Below, piece after piece: positions 55,801 through 59,532 of a stretch of DNA of 64,000 bases. The stretch comes from Ministeria vibrans ATCC 50519 (taxonomy: Eukaryota > Protista > Filasterea). The stretch covers positions 83,430-147,429 of the forward strand of contig CALSCP010001679.1 in the NCBI GenBank assembly GCA_943704425.1, given 5' to 3'. Made by a program: the position numbers and the translations under genes. The notes beneath the pieces are model-generated. The model was not told the DNA's origin. It worked only from the letters and a program-made list of their open reading frames with translations, and did no database searches. Position 1 is the stretch's first letter; the number at the start of each line of letters is the position of its first letter.

Positions 55801-58790
55801 AGTGGGTGGTGACGACGACGGAGGAGGAGCCCGTGGCGGGTCAGGTTGCGGTCGCGTCCGAAACCCATTCGATTGTGCGCAACAACGTCTTGTACGTAGG
55901 TCCGCAGGGCGCTGCGGTGGTGCGCTGGCGTGAAGCGTGTGTGGGTGTAGAGCAGGCGCCGGTGAATGGCACAAGTGAGGCGGCGCTTGCCTTTCAGGCG
56001 GTCGATGCTCCGCTGGACTACTTTGTGGTGCGCCTGCATGATGCGCTGCTGGTGCAACGCGAGCACGTTGACGGCGGAAATAAGACGAGCGAGGGACTGC
56101 TGTACGAGGTGAATGTGACGGCAAATGCATGTTGCTCCAATGTGTTTGGATGCGGCACGAATGAGTGTGAGCGCTCTGTGGTGATTCCGCTGAGCGCACT
56201 GCCCGACGATGGCGAGGCCCTTGTGAGTGTGGAGGCTGTGGATCGCAGTGGGCGCGCGGCGGCGACGTACTCGGGCACGAGTGTACGTGCGGTGCTGACG
56301 GGTCCACAGGTGGCCCACGACGACGTGGTGCTGCTCGACGGTGACGAGCCGACAAGTCTGCCCACACGCTACTTCTGCCACGCGTCTGGCTTGACGGGAC
56401 GCGTGACGTTGCCGGTCGAGGAGCGCATGGACGATGGACCAGTGCGTGTGCGAGTGTGGGTGGGCAGCGATGAGTTCCTCGACAACAAGCAGGCACCCTA
56501 TGTGCTTCGTGAGGCGACGACGGGAAACGACACGACAGCTCTGGTGCAATTGCCCGACTTGACGTTCCCCGGGCGCAACGAAGGCGAGTTTGTCTTTTTG
56601 ACGGCCGAATGGACCAACGAGCTCAACCTGACGACGGTGCACACTGCGCCAGCGCTCATTCTGTGCGGCGCTCCGTTTGTCGTGGCGAACGGTACGGTGC
56701 TGGATGGGGTGTCAGGGGCGGATGTGGATGAGGTGGGCAATGCGGCGTCGATGGCCTTCCGCCACGGCCATGTGTTCAACGTGAGTGCGTGCTTTGCGTG
56801 GGAAGTCATGTCCGTGTTTACCAAAGACGGCGGCATGCTGCTCTTCCCGAGCCTCGAGGCCGCTGGCGAGCTCATCTACTGCGCCGACCTGCAGTACGAG
56901 GCAATGGTGACCACCGACCCACTGGCGAGTGTGCCCGACATTAAGAACTTTACGGACATTGGCAATAAGCCGTACTTTGGCATGGACCTTGTGGCGCCGC
57001 ATCTGCTGCAAAAGGACCAGTTAACTTTTGTCTGCGTGCGCGCTGTCACCGAGCACGGTCTGCAGTCATCAACGGTGTGCTCGGACGGCGTTGTGCTGGG
57101 CGAGCGGCAGTGGCAGCAGAGCAACCGCACGTCGGGTACCGTGATTGTGGATCAGGCGAGCGAGTGCTTCTTTGTGGCGTTTAGTGATGTGGAGGACACG
57201 GCGGTGGCCGCCGCGACGCGCTGTGCGTCCACCAACGAGACGAACTCGAACACATCGGCAGCGGCCCAGATTACGCTTGAGGCGGGTACCGTCGACGACG
57301 CATACATGTTCTACTTGCGCGAGAGCAACTTTACTGGCCTGGACTGTGTTACCGCGCACGATGTGGTGGCGCCCGGTGGCGTGGCGTGGACGCTCGGTGC
57401 GCGCTTCATGAACGGCAGCGAAGCGCCCGACTTGGTGCTGCATCGACCTGTGCGTGTTCTTGTGGTGTTCAATCTTGACGGTGCGCACGACCATCAGTTG
57501 CTTGCGGGCGAGCAGCCCGAGCTAGTGTATCTGAGTGGGCGTGCAGGCGATGAGTGTGTGGGAGCGGGAGCGACGTGTCCGCTTGCGTCGCGCTGGCAGT
57601 GGTACGAGCAGGCGATGAACATGCTTGTGGTCGATGTGTGTGCGCTGGGCACGTACACCTTTGTGTACACCAAGACACGCGTTGCCTTCCGCAACGAAAG
57701 TGCCGACTACACTGTGAGCTGTACAGCATTCCCCGATGAGCCACTCGATGCCTTTGGCTCGCCCGTCGCCTACCTCTCCCTCTCGCCGGTCGACACGCTC
57801 GCGACCAACGTGTCGCTCTTTGCCAATCTCACGTGCCATCCGCGCATCACCAAGCGCACGTCGGTTGCACTTGATGGCTTTGAGTATGGCGTGGAGCAGA
57901 CAGTGACGCTGACGGACGAGTGGGGTCCGATCGTGCGCCTGCACAACGACACGCTTGTGTTGGAGTCACGAAACATCACACAAACGACTCTCGCTGACGG
58001 CACAGTGGTATGGCAGGAGATGTTCGAGGACTGTGATGGCGACTGGCCAGACGCAGTGGTACGGGACTGGAGCGCATTCAATGTCACCGACGACTGCTAC
58101 GCAGAAGCTGATTTGCTCTTTGAACCGGTCACCATGGTGACGGGCGGCGCTGATTGTGGTGCTTGGCGTCGCTACGTGTTCCGCGTCGCTGATCCATGTG
58201 GCAAAGCGGCGACGCTGCATGTGGAGCAGCTGCGGCCCGAATCGGTCACGCTGATGTCGTTGGAGAGTAATAGCGGAGACGCCACGACCAGTGTGGCAGT
58301 CATTGGGTACATATGCGTGGGGATCTTGCTTTTCGCAGTCATTGTGCTCGTTGCGGCGGTGCAGTGGCAGAAGCAGAAGGAGAGGAGGCGAAAGCACGGG
58401 CGACTGGACGATGTCGACGCAGCAGCAGACGAGGCGGACTATGCAGCGGCGCTCAAGGCAGTCTCCAAGCCGGGTGTACTCGAGTGGACGCGACGCGAGT
58501 CGAGTGAGGCTGAGGCCGAGATGCACAATAGTCTTATGGACCTCCGTGGAGCATCATCGACCAGCATGACACGGCTGTTTGACTCGCGCCAGTCTGAGTC
58601 ACAGCTGAGCTTTGACAATGTTGTTGTGGCCAATCCGGCGTATGTCGCCGGCGCTATGAGTGCTTACGAGGGGAGTAATTATGAGGAATGCGCTGCAGAT
58701 GGTATTGCGTGTGACAGCGACACGTTTTCACCCGGTGCCTTTCAGGACATTCGAGACGAGTGGAAACGACGAGAGAGTCGCGGTTTTTGA
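31893..58790 (+). CDS. Giant type-I membrane protein (~8965 aa, single ORF): signal peptide, lipid-transfer (vitellogenin_N/LLT)-like region, amphipathic helices, EGF plus 2 VWA, propeller-like region, ~30-40 FN3/Ig-like repeats, TM and NPxY tail
   Basis: Stop-free for 26.9 kb. Signal peptide MRLAFLWLLAVAQCSVVVVA at 31893; the upstream ATG at 31659 overlaps the opposite gene. HEAT-like VRRAAVEALSR. EGF CxNGGTC motifs. MIDAS DNSAS and DNSGS with TDG/SDG. DxESG/NGAGL/DxTxP repeats from ~43830 to 57100. TM 58293-58367. FDNVVVANPAY at 58611-58643. Confidence 0.9.
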   Translation: MRLAFLWLLAVAQCSVVVVAHICQPCEPIASFDYHYRQQGGLSGAAWHSRGAGDVAVSCVAHDPARGLCTVAVDVANLVVEMHAHAAAPAPAATPHARRDARLYNMPTPPELPLVLSTPAKAAQKVEQMRRAIDDELELYHDYMAASFSVRLDTTLDAVHSIEDDDDDAPVRSEDDKVPARIRRARRSLRAHVASLLPSYLQDAPSSSASHDDDDTTSHHADVFGRYRRDTIEPEKCDDNTCQHHFRRVFPSLAWDRDSTQRVTVDRETRLLKESVRTDIFTMRHKHEASSTPPRDHDRFDALHARLHARSSGQGAYSSPDDTVDYEDEEAAGGSSAKTATNHHHVVTTWHQASLVHIGSRPTSRRSSDSSFSTPSPASRWTHLADMVDTSPEFEGMPAHTCENWLVDGGGVTGPRVHSIFSLLLHPEKAADEDALAELASETTALLACVPGSPSALAQLLPCHSARSLESDGLPVVTRDLLVGAFITCATNECQMELAELLDCSVDAALSNASFPFEYTVDRGAYGRAGSSATAGPWAVFLESTQHQLFNLPRAPIPSLARAILSVATLHIQLFTDLVAMSWQLVGHSARTACGKDAHSDVCLSLVTSITDASSYLSTVPASAADEVVTANILGAAAVVGRDHHPRLIGVLTHHLSSHESTFVRRAAVEALSRDHASVDVQRLLIYTAANFSQVSLVRKIAAESLRTTVTEPELVTLLHDTLVKVHADALVESMALHRRDRAHFTGALHGEAPSTEVVCTLARTITVHVDKSADDTAASDAMMHSLKRRVALMSYNREQALSVAADASRSVAVVDSLTRQRRDLYDFLKAVRIPERIEPLLDIRLSYYKLWNKDIGNPQVGLRLRADARNLVKFVIDIFGVDFTVSLDNFVEARAYVFTYEKILADARAIFKAQFVLLNPLISLLEIPLDVGRGTVQSVATRTVGFLAKWLDRLREWLISTLGDLSRIPSIMFDSLPKLFDWRFKTLKSFDPLGFLRGLFKWQDTERSKSNFDWWRLRDRLFTFLRNTLGRLRLSWNWPTWKWLESSMEETRERSRGPLISFDWFRRLLDWMRSLPKLARAVRDDSGGPLSLGFTCLADIGQDFRDMFTSLSNSAHISTTMTSSAVEVVSSASSVVTSAARVATVLADSSLTRVLGQIDLIVNADDNAMTATLIGELVVNIDEALLDLGVLKPDQCSCTRLKPTCNVTADRCTTTNPCANGGTCVNEGFSTVRCQCAPGFSGPLCRFAVESGDAQCPTSANTDVCLNGGTCVDRSTTSSSASSHLDVTLMIDNSASMGQTDMTRALAAAQLLVDRLGDNDRVAVYTFARCGGCASSDSPLNVPLLAQAFLRLGETDVGGSGKTGREYVAETFSQRVTFGLTSGSTWTVLWDTLHESINYTLTNRLASNRPIVVALTDGDDKSSDTNSYANDDSDEFPDGDLAGAAGLDDGNPRDDFGDAYVGADGIDGGVTRAPLPVFTIGLGLGPGSEQLLQEVGRTSDGGDYFTAITSDELATIYTSVSETITNQHACVCPAGFAGTRCDKRVDPCLSSPCLFGGQCHDTRDGAFACTCAAGFTGLRCDVNLAECTLLETTTTTTSSSLCSDPLIADVDPCAASPCANGATCTRLGSNVTCTCAAGFRGSRCRYIARADDTFCTSASSHRCLSDATCIERSTTVSTPLDVVLTLDNSGSMKDDPADMERLLEAAEALVSRLGDDDRVAIFTFNECGSCVAGNALNTPLRVQSLVRLGDASASAGLTGRELTIKNIREQVDIGIDGSGTWTTLWDTVYAAIDFAVSSTVAGRRSVVIAMSDGDDTSSAINGYANNDQDEFPDGDAAGVLGLDDGNVRDDYGDAYGGADGIDGGVCNAPVPVFAIGLSGLGFTAATERAMREMALTSAGGAYYAAASSVELAAVYTSVSQTIVTTHECLCPPGFTGDACETDLDECLSSPCQHGGTCVDGHDTFTCICPAEYTGLMCHVLTRQCHTTTSSANTTSFASLSSNNAKCPASATGVCDCTSRVALRETPLGSVMVFAEKLLRVVSWARETVSIVSLIEPFRSAAAKLISCLPDLSFVDVGINAMVHLQSLVNNIADFGLNKVAEFTGKLQVAADSLHTWAHDASLSLQTGANGLIDNVAEAVEGVFDEIPDMITNVLSPVRVVVDTFVKFVPNITAIEGHLRDFQVPAVDDLIRALLDAFDLDSLLSDPNSVVGRFIARVAAPLLPAFDTARDFVDGFSDHTQFQSPVVNNTQIHLLQSLLSNASTVHDTSSPIHDGVVGNTCSAPGAGSRNIPASDDFDLPTDLPFDELGKALDIDLVDLIMSKLREIKERVVDWFSGLEWVQGIDSKLKLLVEPLEKVRLTLLAIVDQIKKPLLFLADIDGFSLALKETLTDTISAALKGVIVDLRARFTTMLADVRATIDGILTGVFERTEGLINRFRGPFNTVLNTITRVRSLYGSFELIAKDTPSGMFAFALSLDSKTAQVLDHVEYGSFFALNGIHDADMWIDRLLMLRDCLGDIRSRAFATSTLCVPGLPCAFDEFRATISAVVRPPVAALQTIVGTVRRATEPQVISLAGELNTVIASVNVDVLARINLATSAAQEYMHKFASFDFSKIRNFFTRSDSPSLTQVIDYIDNNPQFQSVLGFIDKANGTIVKVLDVVDKAQGWVTKFMPPAPADRRRATDPPVTAVARILEKILDSGDVFEKGLDFFDKANSALDKWLEDPRLKKVRPIIEGAQEMLGKAETFVEKAQTVVPVVTRAIGDLEVMPQKLLTMLLTLDMPDLTTFFPDATSVQDARNSLPLPAYCGTVLSTDLALCPLQLPFEIEPLNVLRQTLITFNLMSASSSRFPHTRFVVPGLFQDYLPGGTAIYTYASSPMRLIVMRHARTFMHQPSALLAMTDAGDVMAFFRLFEQDGDTPHYGNTAGLAVARDTLWVSDGSLDETTGLRRQQLVSFSMTDVQAGLALGAAGGPIKLVSTGRVSVSAYPGGLYFYATDNVLLVCDDYAPGIEERAVPLGHLSAGQSQVFLYNVNPSTGAIAAGTQPRRTFKAGLNVRGVALTSRAGLNLLAIARCSYAADFQCRLELHEIASSGGILTFQPTSNTLVKTISTPRGLEDIDGDASRELIATVFSSASRAVLTTVLEVGGIPDDHAYLMRVPPLKNVPWSVTADWLRVCRLTLTGGLTTVIDRPLLNLGASDLGSTPLGPNCRANIGGDLFQTLLEAISPQQAETQYEDAKVYMSNVNDHIKAFVVPLPTQLSGLLPKLARAADYLASCRLAVGSRTTTLSDVDAALAYVTAYLPENFESLVVAGQTRIGEVYRFAHNVLPSKVTADVSWVKDDASIVDKAFFDDTCATTSLADRVTRTHSALATLRAHLADATAWNASSCASAGLDTLIEQLRRDLMSYSPSSVGLVVGAREAASRAAALKTVVDSRFCNGFDTSLLSLQQTIASARAAVERTATDAAALCTFAVDALDSVLFLRLPASLADDIRAMHGYAGSARIDVHACFASSTQSTVSAANAKVTSIESLLARFRHTSFVSCRADIVQQLAVVRTVLANGDLATRGNDVLALFRTVDQCLFAGVLPSSLDTTVADLCSTVTSLRNSLDTLKASALSDEVSTGISKSAKLLAYLTSGDLDQDLSEETPPATSERNKDCLAVRFTLIQRQYHKLFDISVQFVVIVVPVEVTVRGFLFFQVELEAALCVSERRFDVAVLPGAGFKITVSAGVGSKYFILLGLEISGIVVDLVLRPVLSAELVNGGISPCFSVYLDSRGLTISLIAFVESPIFLCKLDLSTVSSVLKRIKRDRRDVGPLTIGGYESSTLGQYDPYHDDVASESAQLRLSAADARWYSSVGALASPRRYGVQREDQNDPLGVGLYQYIPIHEYSKGLVRTRQRRGFGKWAKKAVKKVSKVVTKVGKVIVKAATQVAQFVLDLIPGCVPTNDNRLIEWAFFTWNQKSAKSWQLLRLCFGEPDRTGPPQPLVKASYAGDRLTVKFSVPADDDSEVNKVTVSVTGGTAATLSPTVSEYVTIVTCKHGETLHALVTTVNAAGLRATGRDTAICDRKPPIVHRLRIASASSDLANLRVLWDDAVDVGDCCVSLMEVTVVVAGRGYSGAATLVNSDSHAAVLGNLVFVSGDRVRVVARVRDSANNEAFYWSNVCVIDTERIIVATNDTDSFVVHLHNGRRHAPTQNVADRLVVEWNTPEVMGPSGAGSYSLCVGLSEYACDVQPLVNVGLPRGNLYTLTGLELNDTVRYFVSVLPVSGAGLNAYSMGTSAGIVIDLVAPTFDVVVDGDATVDVDYWSLVSSVAARWEVFDAVTPAALVTCSLSTRDVVPLFGQVLAETSVPAGSTSARLPTTLLPAHRYRTRVSCRDEADNEVTAETDGFVVDVTAPLEIGDDLVFLGGEAATDWANGDPSRPAHFVGTTKADALAFSWIPTIENLSPPVSYHLCVGSAPELCDIISAVSLNNATRAVVRSDLNVNVTLLHGQVYYATVFSSNLANLTSVMVSRPIGVDLTPPYVAQTPKTTLADVGSGSHNGFTSNARRFAMRVHNAMFDRQSGLAECRAAFILGDECSSANVVSPLLVVNISVASVVERYVLETLPSGTRVRGLLQCTNGARLTMTACTAGVVVDRTAPEIINLREVGLSAVHSRDNVDFVHSMTGLAAVFGVREAESLVANVSACLVSTQRGLLRCETVSAVSNDADEYVWLVPADLSSTFVSGERAFVEVTAANVVGWKARASSDGVVLDTSGPVLRDAFVGRSSVSIGAWNELTGIDVRVDASDPESAIALVHAYVEVMDGQTQSVTSASWSTAAVGGTFTRVIASLTQGAWHRAHIAVTNGAGVRSANDILISKRFFVDATAPVVSGHPESLVTPSQSRVFSATRLGLPELALPTATDLESSVREREMLVYTAQLVNDSADASLASNWSPLQLLRRVTVTPFFATVTISFSKTPVPAGATLIVQMLAVNNNGLSTLSQALAVTVDTSPATVSPPRVWGTAISADATRSVYMVVDTSTSTPVELCFAVDAVDSESGVIQLAIEVGTIADSSAFGVSSLVAATADPATSTKVCVSGDASLLNSGVALYATAIATNGAGLGSLARSAPLFVDNTPPDTSAAVVTLSPTGLQAVPFTWWDVSFTHASPCVSVVGVSEPESRIEQAWVNIVMVNTSQVVARLTLSDMQVAGRTQACFASHLVAAQHLVAGFVYRADVIVENAAGLNASVSSTEFLVDTSAPRAPTAVELVLTDGTLVGSCAPLKHSLTVRWSGAYDVESASLATSMAWTSVVNNKIATPDLEAFQPVVSTASTSELSSPLFVDGMQLVVWIRVRNAAGAYTMARSQVVRLVNAAPEIVSLTLASANTSTRTCTTNATHLRVHWKLNSARASSLCGGTRIVLSVGTTRGAHDLVAGGTAYAAADWADNEAYADVPLVSGISSGDRLYLSASASSVGLTSVLEVERSVVVDTTPPVSSFASSFTIAQARQSCGTTASAWHVSRSDTLAMSWDAPVDTHSSVTKVSLSFGSAAGLDDEGIWLPATPSTTQLIVPLSVSWTRVYVRMEAWSCDGALVQREDFGPIVVHADDTLALTTASLSLMPTSAVQGHLDRIMVNTSALALWSAAHEIESLVAVVADASCVVAPQAIRYALESSASTVTVPGVLVNGVHATVVFYATLCSGLELAPVCSSPVHVVAGAPSVARATLSANVVSVNDTLTVSLWNVSHAVLTTGFSVSVVASRAGQAPWEVASVASFDEGNFNVSVVSPVATAGTVSLTARVCSLATVCVYHDLGVVTVDATAPLDLDFDVEVFGSNRSSLAVAVSGVARDEESRVASCSARLDGTSAVEWTLLAIDGGQELTGQVTPIDWSQESHTVNVSVSCRNGAGLDSAWTHVASVNASLFVESLPTAILSSPVLTQVDSVTVSWRAAQLGFQRPISYAATIAVRDDQGERVYHATELASTRRSWTTLIRSVDQPHMGEVVRVRANVTAHFADGLALQGAGAEAIALTHHKWVSVLSDAYVARTSNVTGIITLPSSAPGASIRSHLTVGHLPGSSSVGSIVHTRVNASWTVGMPVGETAVSGETVFASMGACFVEMQRPCADAVTHSLTVDDSAPLGEIVPTQEWQNNATHLATSLVGVRDPESGVESCTVTLSDYNTTRVLGTHVSNDGFKLRETVHVPFTMPLTELTRVRVGAVCVNKAGLVAALVTNTVVTVVPDEQPIALANLTMTTSSGSVECATERSVVDVTWVVPDTTTLARLASTSFQFSLANSISAVSSVDFEWIDVHDGHVSAVLESSHVGTVYGYMRLVSRTGVTHIQQVGRPLIVGGALSTQTSFGLTSVSIEAASGASCVDSSLSLLTVRVQLPSLALCALQFLEVSASLRTSDQVYVVSPSVHSVDEVSAEAQTNETSTVFLKVRLSDVLRASNAGSRRVLQGAQLQATVTARGGVTSSTGGAPVMLSDSLSSNTVTLSSPANMRAMVVHVEASRSDSSVVAPVPTPAYVPVLVDASGTVTLSLRWVHSMEAMANEVESILVALVDDDTRETVLEYATASLEHNATRATVVWPATLASAQGRDLRPIVRFYWCTGEAVDVETMARVRLDGSAPVVGEARVRGDDSRSDGRPLQVAQLRRDTLLIDVARLRDAATFVANVVVLIRDATATEESTGACLDEASADDPAVQSAVYDATVGVVHAALAHPLSLNKAYTVTLWARDSVGLVSNATCAGVVYVETLNATVAGSIELTTTTMLACTSNAATGRTLLSWPALLTNPDAAYSVGLRLVVANSMLVTPLTRWLPVGAVQAVNASLSAGVYAVSVVAQHKTRASVVLRGTCVVPVVADSLQPFVGEGWSDAEDLQWISSTAQRLPVHWQGFASSTVSCTLRVSSNVSVFGLSETVPASSSGLIVVNVSSLASDTNVLALYVTLECQLSDGRTQRATSNGVRIEQASTSASAVSVERTVVVRGELALVRVSWLAENDEFASVAGVHLSVDVGDGFALAGPVWDTRAAGVVELALMYAHNGSFVTPTSAHGLVASATVTPVSAVGASGTPLTSINSTLEHTTPSVWGVTLNTTLTASTRTVSVAWQSHGGDQTWINVEDATSATVLSRTDVLGETFTSAVVAVPVSAGVDTRVSVCVGMHSEQSTCASMRLPIDTSAPLVLGTIPIRGKTVDGGTVFVNASESVQVLLSRAMVDPESMLTRCYVGVRWEGNANVDDSQVSTIEVAAAATLVVPLADLLVNVSTSMVADARLEITCANEWQLTAESTTDTFVIVMGDAPVSASVRVAPTGVGSDSVLVNASLGVADALVDAPLTVLVNASLVGGGSQARLRSLVSGVDVYVHSAASGESLGVWSLNVSQWLETGAVSVVLPPSVHLLVGNTSATVNVFVAISVATSPRRIWSSALAQLRLHARVHSATHVVHSVAFSSAIQKSQWAFAVSWSLHTNTVRGNTGFECAVRSLAVCLGLRRFECDLVSFREVSLGASGTTVHAANMVVAGTSVYATVRVEDCWERRSFAVAAQPVLVDPTGPVFTGGVRVRVNASDVAALLMGLSVTPAMTNSVDTVRRTEETLLVEWGPAYDWESGVVCNASLVLSNTTTSVLDIDELSMAGDGTQVTTFNLSAIPLEHGARFEVLIMCTNGAGDVASRRSSTVTIDALPPVCGDDGTGNQNSTVLEWRRPMRSASTPVWLERMQAYVWDGTGIMSYASTVFDDASEGTPSSLAATWLTVDEQVLSSTEQVWSTAVGRAGSTASAAVRLNVTDIWSNLTQDGRAHQLAVTSLDSAGYACAHAVSIALDTSVPQMKAMESPLAAVEAVQANVSFVADAEWLTVNNVPVFYDDESGVNEVVVEVLDEGRYSACNRSAAAEARVALLRADDTSLFDSTNLRSVNESEPSSLLVSSVNATNAQVPVSTSLVVGSTVVVVDSWNSSLAIANGSVLVDTALRTGHAHRVRVWARGVAGKSAYVQAEWVVTTTEEEPVAGQVAVASETHSIVRNNVLYVGPQGAAVVRWREACVGVEQAPVNGTSEAALAFQAVDAPLDYFVVRLHDALLVQREHVDGGNKTSEGLLYEVNVTANACCSNVFGCGTNECERSVVIPLSALPDDGEALVSVEAVDRSGRAAATYSGTSVRAVLTGPQVAHDDVVLLDGDEPTSLPTRYFCHASGLTGRVTLPVEERMDDGPVRVRVWVGSDEFLDNKQAPYVLREATTGNDTTALVQLPDLTFPGRNEGEFVFLTAEWTNELNLTTVHTAPALILCGAPFVVANGTVLDGVSGADVDEVGNAASMAFRHGHVFNVSACFAWEVMSVFTKDGGMLLFPSLEAAGELIYCADLQYEAMVTTDPLASVPDIKNFTDIGNKPYFGMDLVAPHLLQKDQLTFVCVRAVTEHGLQSSTVCSDGVVLGERQWQQSNRTSGTVIVDQASECFFVAFSDVEDTAVAAATRCASTNETNSNTSAAAQITLEAGTVDDAYMFYLRESNFTGLDCVTAHDVVAPGGVAWTLGARFMNGSEAPDLVLHRPVRVLVVFNLDGAHDHQLLAGEQPELVYLSGRAGDECVGAGATCPLASRWQWYEQAMNMLVVDVCALGTYTFVYTKTRVAFRNESADYTVSCTAFPDEPLDAFGSPVAYLSLSPVDTLATNVSLFANLTCHPRITKRTSVALDGFEYGVEQTVTLTDEWGPIVRLHNDTLVLESRNITQTTLADGTVVWQEMFEDCDGDWPDAVVRDWSAFNVTDDCYAEADLLFEPVTMVTGGADCGAWRRYVFRVADPCGKAATLHVEQLRPESVTLMSLESNSGDATTSVAVIGYICVGILLFAVIVLVAAVQWQKQKERRRKHGRLDDVDAAADEADYAAALKAVSKPGVLEWTRRESSEAEAEMHNSLMDLRGASSTSMTRLFDSRQSESQLSFDNVVVANPAYVAGAMSAYEGSNYEECAADGIACDSDTFSPGAFQDIRDEWKRRESRGF

Positions 58791-58865
58791 CAGGTTTTCA
58801 CTGCCGCATGAAATTGTATTATATTTTTAAGTTTGTATCATAAAAATAATAGTAATAAAAAACAA

Positions 58866-58930
58866 TAATAATATTATTATTATAATTATTATTATTATTA
58901 TTATTATTATTTATATAATTATTATATATA
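58866..58930. repeat. (TAT/AAT)n low-complexity tract, followed by the N gap at 58959-58968
   Basis: Seen directly. Confidence 0.85.
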
Positions 58931-59129
58931 AAAAAGTCGTCTCTCGTTCGTTTTTTTTNNNNNNNNNNTTTTTTTAGTAATTCTTCAGTCGCTCTCTCGA
59001 TCGTCATCGACTCACTGTTGATCAACAAATAAATCATCATTTCAGTTGCAGTATCGTCTTTTCTTCTCTCTCTCTCTCTCTCCCTCTCGACGTCTCGCTC
59101 CGGCAACGCATCGGTGCGGAGTAAGAAGG

Positions 59130-59495
59130 ATGATTCATTGCGTTTGGGTGGGTCTTCTTTTCGCTCTGGCCCGAACGACCACCGTCGATGCATTTTGCGA
59201 AAGCAGCCCCTGCACCATGCATGGGTTTTGCGACGAGGCCCTTGCCGTGTGCGACTGCGATGCAGGCTACACGGGCGTTGCGTGCGAATCCTTTTTTGAC
59301 ATTTGCCTTTCGTATCCCTGTCAAAACGACGCACGCTGCATTCGCGGCACCAACGCAACCACCAAGGAGAATCAGCTTGTTGACATTGATCCCTACCAGA
59401 CGGGAGACGATACGCTCTTTGGCGCAGGCATATTTTCCAGTTCGCGGTATCGATTTTTTTTTTTCCCTTTCTTCCCCCCTTTTTTTTTTTTTTCC

Positions 59496-59532
<37 letters not shown>

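Noticed and set aside
21375-58633. Hundreds of overlapping 60-560 aa ORFs within the two giant genes
   Set aside because: Expected off-frame and antisense ORFs in GC-rich coding DNA; their translations are low-complexity R/H/T/S-rich.
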